DNA from: Tubulanus polymorphus | Taxonomy: Eukaryota > Animalia > Nemertea | Direction: 5' to 3' | DNA length: 64,000 bases | NCBI RefSeq assembly: GCF_964204645.1 | Contig: NC_134025.1 | Location: 9,796,001 to 9,860,000, forward strand | Shown here: positions 1 to 10,828 of the stretch, one piece after another | Position numbering within the stretch: the first letter of the stretch is position 1 | Layout of the letters: every line of letters begins with the position of its first letter | The notes under the pieces: model-generated | What the model saw: only the letters and a program-made list of their open reading frames with translations | Databases searched by the model: none | What the model was told of the DNA's origin: nothing | Made by a program: the position numbers and the translations under genes

Positions 1-819
1 TCAATTGAATTAACAAATAGAAATACTTAATCGATTGCATCATTCACAAGACTCAAATGATCAAATACCAAGTTCACAAACCAATCATAATGTTAAAAAT
101 CACAGGGCCTCATTGTTATAGATGATTCCTTTATGTTCACATAATTATCAATTGAGGAATTCATTAAAATTATCCCTTTCTATTTTTTCTTAGCCACAAC
201 TAATAATCATATGTGACCATAATCCGCTGACATTATGTTGTGGATTGTTCATATCAATTTAAGTTTCACAGCATGTTGCTGTAAATAGATTTCATTTGTC
301 AAATGGAATGAGTTTCAGTTAGGTGTTTCAAAACATTTTTTCAAGGGAGGGAGGTATGGAGGGTTCACCAGAACCAGACCAAACCACTACTCACAATCGT
401 GTGAGGAGGGCAAAACACAAACCAAGGACAAGAATGATGGCCGATTCGGATAGATCAAAAATTAACAAGGCTATTCATGTTGCTTCACGAATTCTTCATT
501 CTCATTATGAAACAATCGTCGACCAATGACAGTTGATAGTCAGATTAGACATTTCTATACTCTCTACTATTACTACTGCAAAAGGCTTTTAATGAGCAAG
601 TTGTTTTATGGAATCCTATTCATAACATTTACCAATCAAGGCTTAACTACAGATATCGATATGTTATAAAATAGATAATAAACAATCTGTTTCATTATCT
701 TTTTAAGTTACACTTGAACCCAGTGGAACGAATAAAACTCCAGCCATATTTCATCATTTACCATTTGCCATTTTTCCTTTTTTCTTTTTCACTGTTTTTT
801 GTTTCAGCACACAGAATTA

Positions 820-1014
820 TTTTGAGTTGAGGTAGGAATAGACCCCTGCCCGCCCTCTAAGCGTGCAGGACACTAAACCTTTGAATTGCTCTCAGACCCC
901 ACTCTTTATATTCTTCTCTGTGTTTTTGAGTCGAGGTAGGAATAGACCCCTGCCGGCCATCTAGGCCAGCAGGACAATAAACCTTCGAATTGCTCTCAGA
1001 CCTCACTCTTTATA
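820..1014. repeat. Two-copy direct repeat, period 104 bp
   Basis: TTTGAGT(T/C)GAGGTAGGAATAGACCCCTGCC...GCAGGACA...GAATTGCTCTCAGACC.CACTCTTTATA starts at 821 and again at 925. Confidence 0.9.
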
Positions 1015-1404
1015 TAAGCATTTTATGCTGCTTTGCATTCGCTTCATTTTTTTCTTTTCATATGGCTTTTTTTATTGGCTTTTCTCATTTTATCATTTGT
1101 CTTCTTACTGGCACTAACACGTTCCAACTGGGATCAAGTTTATATGTCAAATTTATACATCTTGTAGAGACAAGCAGCAATGAATCAATGACAGAAACAT
1201 CTTTTTCTATTTAGAGAATCCCTCACAGCTGCCAATAAACCAGTGGCAGCAGTAGCACTGATATACAATATTGTATACAGATGATTCTTACATTATCAAC
1301 GTCATTAATTCCACGTAAATCATTTCATTCTCAAATAGAATCGTGAAGACAACATAAATAACTTGTTCTTATAGACTTTATAGCTTTATAGCTTTAGACA
1401 TTCA

Positions 1405-1715
1405 TTCATGGCCTTGGTTTGGTGACCAAAGAGTCAATGTTTGGTTTTGCGGCCCTGGTTTGGTGACCAAAGAGTCAACATTTGGTTCACAACACTGGTT
1501 TTGTGACCAAAAATTCAGTCTGGTTCACCGCCCTTATTTGGTGACGAAAGAGTCAAAATTTGGCCCATGGTTCTGATTTGGTGACTGCAGAGGAAAAATT
1601 TAGCTCATGGCTTTGGTTTGATAACAAGAGAATAAATTTGGCTCATTGCCCTCACTGAAAGGGCCAGGTTTGATATGCATAGATGCAGAGTTTGATTCGT
1701 GGCCCTGGTTCAGTA
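1405..1715. repeat. Degenerate minisatellite, ~40-bp unit, ~6-8 copies
   Basis: The unit CATGGCCTTGGTTTGGTGACCAAAGAGTCAAnnTTTGGYT recurs head-to-tail and decays to the right. Confidence 0.85.
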
Positions 1716-1913
1716 ACTGTACTAAGTTGGCACTAAACTTAGAATAACTCAGAATTGATTCATTACATGCGGAGCACTTTTTAGCCATTTAATGGTTACA
1801 AATACTAATACACATGATATGAAATTGAGCGTAGCATCGCAGGTTTTGAAAACTGACCCATTATTAGATTGATCAGACACGGTCACCCATATGATCACAT
1901 GTATAAAGCTTAA

Positions 1914-2281
1914 GCGGGCCGCACACAAGCATCAAAGCCGCCACAACAAGCATGCCGGCGTCAAAATCACCTAGTTCTTGGGCAATTTTCAGGCATTTTT
2001 GCCACTTGCAGCTTCGACGCCTTTATCTAAAACATGCTTAATATTTCTGACATGGCGTGGCAAGTATGCCTGAGTGTGTAATGAGTGCCTTATTCTGAGT
2101 CTGCAGTGCTGCAGGATTTAGTTTCAATGCACATGCGTCGCGATCATTTTATTGATTAATTGGCCACATGACCATCAATAGTGGCAGATGCAGCACTTGA
2201 AGCTGCGTCGTTGTTGCTAGTGTTCGGGAAAAGTTTTGCCTTGCAGCGTAGTTGTAATTTGAGGCTAGTGTGCAGCCCCGC
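1914..2281. mobile_element. Non-autonomous TIR element (MITE), PIF/Harbinger-like ends
   Basis: The left end GCGGGCCGCACACAAGCATCAAA (after TAA) is the near reverse complement of the right end TTTGAGGCTAGTGTGCAGCCCCGC. No ORF. Confidence 0.65.
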
Positions 2282-2859
2282 TTTCAGATTATACCCTGCG
2301 TTCACAATCGGTACTAATTAATAATGTCAAAAATAAGGAGCTAATTAGAGTCTGGAATAATGTATCGATCAAAGAGCTACGTTATATAAACTGACAAGTT
2401 GAACTACTGATAAAAAATTTCAAATACTTAAACTGCGGAGGATGAAATAACTATTATATAAACTGATATGATCGTGAAAAATGGCAAAATAATCTAACTG
2501 TCACAAAGAGAAATAGAACTAAACGTTGACAAAACACTTAGCGAATCCCATAATAATAACCACTATATTTATGACTATATTCTAATATTCATCTTCAGGA
2601 TGAGAAATATAGCTGCAAAGCAGCGATAACAGGTTTTCTGCTTTAATGATTCTGCGATCTTAACAACTAACGATAATGGGTTTTCTGCATTAATGATTCG
2701 GACAGCAATATGGAAGCGTTTAAGGGACATGCCAGTTGCTAGTTGCTAATTGCCATATGCCATAGTTATTACTAGTTTGCTTATTGATAATTGGTTGTTC
2801 GTCCGCTAGCGCCACCTCTGTGTATATTTCTGTTATTGATCCCCAGTATAAAACCATCC

Positions 2860-2936
2860 TCCCGGCAGGGACTCGAACCTGACGGTATCGAGATTGCCAC
2901 AGTACGAAACCCTGCCACACTATACCCACTGCGTAC
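2860..2936 (-). other. tRNA-derived Pol III-like unit (SINE head / pseudo-tRNA)
   Basis: The minus strand reads CGCAGTGGGTATAGTG (A-box-like) ... GGTTCGAGTCC (B box, 2869-2879). No convincing cloverleaf. Confidence 0.55.
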
Positions 2937-3872
2937 ATACACACGCAGCTTGTCACGCGCATTATGTCAGATTCAGATTCTGCATTACCAACTATTTCGT
3001 TCATTATAGTGCAATATCTGGCCGCTGCACGCACTGCCATTGATTTGTTTTCAATTGTTGCGGACCTCGTTGCGTAGCAACAATGATCCGTTATTTTTCA
3101 AAATGGAGTGATTGTTCTTTTTAGAAAAACATGACTTAAAAACGTTCACTAGCGCAAAACCTTTTTATTTTTCAAGATAAACCATCACAACCAGCGAGAA
3201 ACTTGTTGGAAATGTTCTGAAGTTTTAATTCATATAAAATATGATAAACGAAATCTGCTGTCTTTGAGTTAATTTCGAATTGCCCGCCGACTTACAGCCC
3301 CTGAACGTGCTATTTTCAGACAAAAAATGTCAACGATAAAATATTCTTAAAGGGTAACAAATTTGATATCGTAAATTGAGGACATTTGAAATGTTCTAAA
3401 ACCGCTTTCAAACGGTCGCCAGGCCATCGTAAACCCAACTTAAAGCGCGCTGAAAGTTTTGTGAATTCGGGCGTAATAGTCAGGACTTGACGGTTGAACT
3501 CGCATTCTGAATGGGGAAATGACTTAATTTTCAAATGCAAAATGTCAATATAAAAAGTATTTTCTTCAAATTTGAAAATTACTCACATCGAATGTTCGCA
3601 ATTTAAAATAATTGAATCTTCTTACAATATATATTGCCATGCATCATATTCCGATACAATTCGTTTTGAAATACGGTCCTTTCATATTTTAATAGGCACT
3701 TTTTAGTTTTGTTGATCGTTGTTCATGAGCATGCGCATTGTTGTTTGATCAGCAAAGTTGGTAATGCGGTATAAGCAGTTGGTCCTAGAGCCCCACCTAG
3801 ACACCCTTCACGGCTAGATATCCATTCAGAAACAATTCCTTAAATATATTCCTGGCTAAGATAATTTATAAG

Positions 3873-3974
3873 ATAAACATTTGTCATAAATGTTTTTCGC
3901 CTAAAGTGGTATATATATATATATACATATATATATACCACTTTAGGCGAAAAACATTTATGACAAATGTTTAT
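3873..3974. repeat. Near-perfect 102-bp palindrome centred on (AT)n
   Basis: The 38-bp arm 3873-3910 is the exact reverse complement of 3937-3974. The 26-nt centre is (AT)n with one C. Confidence 0.97.
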
Positions 3975-5626
3975 ATATATATATACAGCTTCTCACGACC
4001 TGTGGTTATAGGTCTGCATTAAAACTGATGAAAGAAGGAAAACTTAACTTTCTTTCATTTTAATTGCTAACCATAGTTAGATTTAATCTTAAGTTACTAA
4101 GCTTATAAAACGATGATTGTGAAGTAAGACCCCACACGGCAGTGCAGAGTCACACGCCATTTTGAAGAGCTTCTCGGGACCTGCGGTGACAAGTCTGCAT
4201 TAAAACTGATGACCTCTTTATAGTAATGGATATGAATGGGTGAAATGGATATGGACGGATTGAAAAAATGCTTAACTGGCAATGAGCATTTGACAAAAAG
4301 CATTCGGCAACTAGCAATTGGTAATTTGCAACTAGCAACTGGCATGTTTCTTTAGCCCTTCCATGGATTCACGTAGTGACGGGCTGATATCAGCGCGGGC
4401 TAGGTGACAAGTGAATTTTATGAACTGTATAAATTTGAATGGTTTCAATTCGAGGGTTTTTTTCTCCAACACAGGAGCGATAAATCTTTACGATAAATGT
4501 TTACGGCTCGGACAGCGCTTTCATAACGGCGATCCATCAAAATACAGCCGCAGTATTCGTAGATATGAAGGATCCGGATGATTTTATCGGAATCATATTT
4601 TTCGTAAGGAACGTATTTACAAGTACGTCTCATGCATTCGAAAGCCCGCACGTAAACTTAATAAATATTTATTGGATCGCATTTGTTATGAATGAATGCG
4701 AATATTAATTACACTCTAACCATTTGCATGGTATATGGAGGAAAAACAGTATTTACAATTAATTACAACATTACGCAATTACATTTTAACGGAGTTAATA
4801 AAAAAAGTTCACGCATTTCATACAAGTAAATTGCTAAGACCTTTAATAATTCTCATCACAGAAATAATCTTAGATCCGATGTGTAAATGTGCTTCCAGCA
4901 TGTGAGTGGACCCCTTAAAAGAGCCGTTTGTTCGTTCTTATGAACTGATTTTGACAAAACCTTTGTACGCCTCCAAGTACGAAATCTAATCCAGCAAGGC
5001 AGAAACCCGTTATCGCTGCTTTGTAGCTATATTTTTATCTCCGTAACTAAGATGTATAAATGCGCTTTATCAAATTGTGAACTACTCACTCATAGTAATG
5101 GGAACTACTGTGAAAACTCAAGGTAAAACTACATCTGGTTCAAAAATATTTCCTGATATAAGTATAATTAGTTCACAGTGCCTTTAAATAATTCTGTTCA
5201 GAAAACAAGTAGTCATAGCTTGAAATATACTGACGTCAATACAATCCAATCAAAAATAAATGTTGCTGGATGTATCATAGAACAATAGTCAGTCTGTCTT
5301 TGTCAATCCGTGTCATCATTGTTCCACCTATAAATTGCAGTTTATTTCAGAAAATGTGTCCCCTTTTTGTGAAAACAAAAGATAGCATAACTAACTAAAA
5401 CAAAAATTTTATTTCATCACGCTGAAACTCTTAAATGTCGTTCTAACACGATTCATAACACGGAAGGTAAACGGATGATGATCGCGACATACGAATACGA
5501 ATATTTGTTACACTCCAAACATTTCCATGGTATCAAAAATTAATCAATTACATAAACATTAATAAAATCATTTAAAACTTATGGACTCATATGGACTCAT
5601 ACTCTACCACAGAGATTCAGAATTAC

Positions 5627-5832
5627 GATTTAGACCAGACCTGCCACTGGTTTCAGTCCACATACATAGATTTGGACCGGACTTGGTTCGCTCTTTTAGA
5701 CCATGCCAAATAAGACCGGTCTACACTAGACCGGTCCAGTTTGGAAAGGTATTTTCGTCTGTGGGAACGCTAGGTCAATATTTGACCGGACCAAACTTAG
5801 ACCAGTCTAAATTTCGTCGTGTGAACGCACCT
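5627..5832. mobile_element. Truncated Harbinger-like MITE with AGACCGG/GGACCGG internal repeats
   Basis: The right end CGTGTGAACGCACCT resembles a Harbinger-type TIR, and TAGACC(A/G)G motifs repeat internally. The left TIR was not found. Confidence 0.4.
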
Positions 5833-6905
5833 ATTATCTCGACATAAAATAATTTACAAAGAATGAAAAAAATTTGGATTTATGTCGCAACAATAATTCG
5901 ACATGATATCGGGACGACATAAATAAAATTTTTATTTTTCACAAATGATATCCCCAGGTCGGCAGCGGACCTCAACGGAAAAACGAATTTCGAATTAAAG
6001 ACACAAAATTTCTGAATTTATGTATATATAATAACTCGACATGAAATCGGCAAAACTATTTATTAATTGTAAATGATTTTGTTGAAATATATCTCAACTA
6101 AAAAACTAAAAATAAAATTTTCATTTCTCATAAATGATGTCCCCAGGACGCTTTCGTAGATTACAATACAAATCACTTTTTCAATACATTCCATGCTCTA
6201 ATTTTCAAAATTAAAGAGTTGTCTTTGAATCCGCAGCCAAAGAGGAAGCAGCAATGAACATCGGGGGCGCACCTGGAATATTGGATCACTATGTGGCATG
6301 TGGCATGTTACTGCGGTCCAGCTGTCGTCAGCGAGCTTCGCAGGCGCGAAATACCAAAAGGCTGTCTGGGCAGCCTCCTTACGAAATATTGAAAAATCAG
6401 ATGAAAGTTGTTGCATTCTGAGCGCTTTCCTGGTTGAAATTAGGAATGAAATACGCTCACAATATCACCGTTTTGTGAACAATTCTTGGTGAGAAAATTC
6501 CAAGATCGTGACCCCTCCTGGACCGCCACAGAATGTGGACTGCATCTCAAAAAAAGTCCTCCTACTACAGTTCTTTAACTACCTACAGTCAGTATTTTGA
6601 ATGATATTCAAAGGAGCATATAAGAAAGTAGAATACAACTTTCTACTGGCAACATGTTCAAAAAGAAGCAGTATACCACCAGCTTTCAACAGCATTACGA
6701 AAATAATTGTTGATTAATTCAATTGCTCATTAAGCTATAGGCCTATATTGACTGACCGCTATCAGGGAGCAGTTTCTAATCATTCGAGTAAATTACTCAT
6801 TTAAGACCAAGTTGAATAACGGCCCTAAAGATTTGAAAAGTGCCCATTCAAAAATCAGGGGCAATTATCTCTTTAACGATTTAAAGAGAAGCAACAGTGA
6901 AATTA

Positions 6906-6992
6906 CGCGCTCTAACCGGGGATCGAACCCGGGTCTAGTTGAAATCAATGCTATAAACCAGTAAAACTAATAGAACTAGCCCACTTAACCAG
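6906..6992 (-). other. Second tRNA-derived Pol III-like unit
   Basis: The minus strand reads TGGTTAAGTGG (A-box-like) ... GGTTCGATCCC (B box, 6919-6929). It shares the flanking motif CAGCTTGTCA(C/T)GCG with the 2860-2936 unit. Confidence 0.55.
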
Positions 6993-7169
6993 CTTGTCAT
7001 GCGAGTGTAACGACTATAAAATTACATGTTCAAGTCTTGTGTGACGATGCCTAACAGCAAAGGTGTTTTATACTAATCCTATTGGTTATTAGAATACAAT
7101 AAATAATGGGACACATTTTCTGAAATATCCTGACTAAAGATTAAAAATAAATACGACGACAAAATCTGA

Positions 7170-7485
7170 CCCTAAATCCCCACCCACCTAAACCCTTCAC
7201 TACCACCCACCCATACCCTACCCTACCCCACCCCACCCACCTACACCCTTCCTCTAAAGTCCTGCCGCCACCCAACCTCCCCAACCCACCCTCACTCCCA
7301 GACCCAATCTCTCCCATCCTCCCTAACCCTACCCTCCCATCCTCCCAGGCCCCATCCCTCCCCCCTCCTAGACCCATCCCTCCCGCCCTCCCAGACCCCA
7401 TCCCTCCCGCCCTCCCAGACCCCATCCCTCCCACCCTCCCTCTACCCCTGCCTCCCCCCAACCCTACCCACCCTCCCAAAACCCC
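7170..7485. repeat. C-tract low-complexity region (G-tracts on the minus strand)
   Basis: Dozens of CCC/CCCC runs, with an internal 21-bp repeat CCCAGACCCCATCCCTCCCGC at ~7370-7432. Confidence 0.9.
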
Positions 7486-8016
7486 GCGGTTAGATGAGTT
7501 GAAGTGGTACGATGTTTTAGTTAGATGGATGGGAATAGTGAAAATGAGAGAACAAATCACTGTTCAATCACAGGATGAAGTAATGCAGTGATCTGTATTC
7601 TGTATCTGCACACAATGTTACATGTATCTGTAACTGTTCAATCAGTCTGATATCTACAGTAGTATAATCTAGAGAAATTGTGAACACACCTGATTGTGAT
7701 GAAGAAACTTGATTGATAACAGTTGAGTTATTGATATCAGGGACCAGTTTCATATTGACTAGAAATAACAAAGTTGATCACAATTTAGAAAACCTGTTAA
7801 CCCGCTTTACCCTTTATGTATCCCTGAAATAACAATCCCAACTATGAACTAACCCTTACCAAATATACACCGATATAAAGACATTTGAATGGATTTAAGC
7901 CAAGATTTCATTTCAAAACATTGTTTATAACAAACACTATAAAACTGGTCCCTTAAAATCAAACCAACAACATAAATTATAAATGAGATAAATGTAACTT
8001 ATCTTGAATTTCCATT

Positions 8017-8352
8017 TAGTGAATCCTGATGTCGTGTGCCGAATCCAAGACAGTCTTATTGTCAAACAATGATTCCAGATGTCCTGCGCAGAATCCAAGA
8101 GTCTTATTGTAAAACATGGATTCCTGATGTCCCTGTGCAGAATCTAAGAAAGTCTGATTGTAAAGCACTGTTTCATTGTCCTGTATTGAATCCAACAAAG
8201 TCATGTAAAGTACCGATTCCTTGTCCTTAAATCCAACGAAGTATTACTTTAAAGCACTGATTCCTGGTTGTCCTGCGCTGATTCCAAGAAAGTCTTATTT
8301 GTAAAGCGCAGATTCCTTGTTGTCCTGTACTGAATCCAAGTTCCCATTGTAG
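8017..8352. repeat. Minisatellite, ~50-bp unit, ~7 copies
   Basis: GAATCCAAGA-type cores at ~8041, 8091, 8140, 8188, 8230, 8281 and 8332; unit TGATTCCTGnTGTCCTGYRCnGAATCCAAGAnAGTCTTATTGTAAAGCAC. Confidence 0.9.
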
Positions 8353-9026
8353 TGACCTACGATAGACAAATCAAAGATTGTTTTCTTTGCTTAGATGACT
8401 GCAGAATTATTAAATTCAAAATTCAAACTTACAAATTAAATTGTTCGCTCCAATCTGTAGTTCATTTATCCAGGGCTTTCTTTCTATGGTTTAGGTTTTG
8501 CCTCCAGAGTTCAACATCAAACATAAAAGAAAGTAAAGATACATGAATAGATGAATATTATCTTTTTCTGAAACAGATGAAGAAAACATTTAAAAGATGA
8601 AATAAACTTACACTGTTTCTGATGTAAATTCTTTATGAAATGGTTTTACACATCTACAAATGAAAATGAAAGTATTAAAATTGATACTGGATAAAAACCG
8701 AATAAATTCATCATATAGGCCTACAAGGCAAAACTAAAACTGAAGTCGCGAAAATCTCGTGCCCTTTTTTTTCATATCCAAAGTAGAAAAGGGCACTTTT
8801 TTACAAGACAAGATAGATAATTTTGAACAAAAAGCACATAATTCTTCAAGATTTTGTCTTCATTTCCTGGAAACTACATCCCGATGCAGTTAAAATGCTT
8901 GAAAGCACTTCACGTCAGGACTTTAATTGCCTGGAATTTGCAGCAAAATTTTTTAGAATGCCCTTTTTAATTTCAAAATGCCCTTTGTGCTACCCTTGAC
9001 AGTGGTCCCTGGATCCGCCCCTGTAC

Positions 9027-10645
9027 ACTATGTTTGTAACGAAATTGAAGTAAATTTGAAGCGGCAATAATAGAACCTGTCAAAAATCGGCAATTGGCCG
9101 CAGCAATCAAAAGTTGCTTCCTTTCCAACGTGCCTACAGCAAGACCAAGCCTATGGTCTAGAAATATCAGATGACCGTCCGCTCTTGAAGTTTTGGGCCC
9201 CATATTCTAAATTCCTGGATCCGCCCTGGTCAGTCAATCCATCAATGGCCTTTTTTAGTTTTTCAAGTTGTCTTGCTTGACTGATTTTCACCATGTGCGC
9301 CTAGATTCACCTCCGAAATATGATTACCCGCAATGATCTAAGATGAAATATTTTTCGCCATTTTAACTTATGTTACGAATACTTACCGAATATTGAAAAA
9401 CTGATTTTTGGGGTCTTAAAGGAGGCTGCCTATGTTTGAAATTAGGCGAGGTTTTTGTTTTTCGCGTTAGTTGAGCACGCCATTTTGATATAGATATTTC
9501 ATGTGTCTCAGATAACCGCGCGGCGCATGTCAAATGTACAATGTCGGTATCGAGTTTCAATCGAGGTCGAATCCTGGATGGGGAGATTCTCGTGCAAGTC
9601 TCAGAAATCACCGGTCCTCATCAGAGTAACGAGTTCAGCGGAGTTAACAGTAATGCCATACCAAAATTCGTTATTCCGGTGGCTAGATGTAGGCCTAACA
9701 GTTGGTTATCTGTTCATTATGAGAACGCTCCAGGGCCTGGCACTAAAACCGAAAAAAACGAGAGATCTCTTGGCCAAAACTACTGCTGAAATTTGTTTTT
9801 GTTTAGTCGTGGAATCATTTTAAGCATACTATGCTCGCTTTCCCTGGGATACAGCAAACATGCAAAAGTGCCCTTCAATTTAAGAACGCCCCTTCACAAA
9901 ATCCTGGCTACGGGCTTGCCGGGACACGAGACACTCGATCACGGCGGGGGAGAAAAACGTCCTGGCCGTCGTGATTCGTTTGAGACAATAAACGAAGAAA
10001 TAAATTCCTGACCGAAAACTAAAGCAATCGCTGTGGCATTTTCTATGGCTGGGGGTATTCCCCTTGGCTGAAAGGTGTGTCTTTCACAGAAAATGTATAA
10101 TTTAATCAGCAAAAAATATCAGAGATCCCCTCCTCGGAACCGACGGGACTCGAGTCTTTGGCCGGCCGTAGCTATGGGTTTTCCACGATTCTGGTATTTT
10201 CGGAGCCACCCTTCCTCTGCTGATCGCCGAGTTTCGCTTTCGCTTTTACGCAAAGGAAGACTTATTTTGCCTCGAAAAGAAACAGTTCGATCGTTTAAAA
10301 GGTTGAAAGTCTCTGACAGGCTCGCTTTTCAAACTCTGTGAATTTGTTAATCCCAAGCTTTACGTGACAAACTACTCGCTCCAGTGTCCATCTACCACCC
10401 GTAGTCTAGTACCTAAATTCAAACAAACTTTATTGCTCATTTAAATATTAATATTGCGATATATAATCCCCGTTTGATTCAAATTCACAGACTGCACAGT
10501 TCAGTGGTCTGGTCATATAAAGTGAAATAATGCAGTCCAGTCGCGTTGGAAGCAATTTTTGATTGCCGCTGCAAATTGCCGATTTTGACAGGTTAAAAAA
10601 TGTTGCCGCAGCGAATTTACTACAATTTCTTCAGAAACATGGTTT
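9027..10645. mobile_element. Pair of ~95-bp inverted repeats, possibly the ends of a TIR element
   Basis: 9042-9121 (...GCGGCAA...AACCTGTCAAAAATCGGCAATT...GCAATCAAAAGTTGCTTCC) is the diverged reverse complement of 10548-10629. Confidence 0.5.
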
Positions 10646-10828
10646 TCAAAAAAAGTCATTCAACACCACTGCAGTCATGATCAATCACCTATGGATGGTG
10701 GCATGTGACTTGGGTTGATTCGAGAATATGTTTCAAGCTTGAAAATGTTCCTGAGTTGTAATAGGCCTATACAATTTTAAACACTGAATTACAAATTATA
10801 TCGATGCTTTTTTGTTTTAATATTATAG

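Larger units (their letters stand above)
2724..4350. mobile_element. ~1.6-kb non-autonomous TIR element with TTAA-like flanks (Kolobok-like, tentative)
   Basis: TTAA-GGGACATGCCAGTTGCTAGTTGCTAATTGCCA (2720-2755) is inverted relative to TGGTAATTTGCAACTAGCAACTGGCATGTTTC-TTTA (4319-4354). Confidence 0.5.

Noticed and set aside
1405-1715. Regularly spaced repeats, superficially CRISPR-like (also 8017-8352)
   Set aside because: The whole unit repeats head-to-tail with no unique spacers, there are no cas genes, and the context is eukaryotic. These are ordinary minisatellites.
2860-2936. Functional tRNA genes (also 6906-6992)
   Set aside because: A B box is present, but acceptor and anticodon stems do not form and the spacing is abnormal. 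Kept only as tRNA-derived units.
3988-4250. Duplicated motif ending in CTGATGA (hammerhead ribozyme core?)
   Set aside because: No stem II closing onto GAAA and no stem III/NUH site could be built.
4903-4930. Minus-strand AAACGGCTCTTTTAAGGGGTCCAC resembling a histone mRNA 3' stem-loop
   Set aside because: The 3' stem arm is disrupted and there is no histone CDS upstream.
7141-7560. 139-aa Gly/Arg-rich ORF
   Set aside because: It is a translation of the low-complexity G-tract region, with no domain or splice support.
10300-10500. GAAAGTCTCTG ... AATTCACAGAC resembling RNase P/MRP conserved regions
   Set aside because: P4 pairing is imperfect, the intervening sequence is AT-rich without the expected helices, and there is no clear Pol III terminator.
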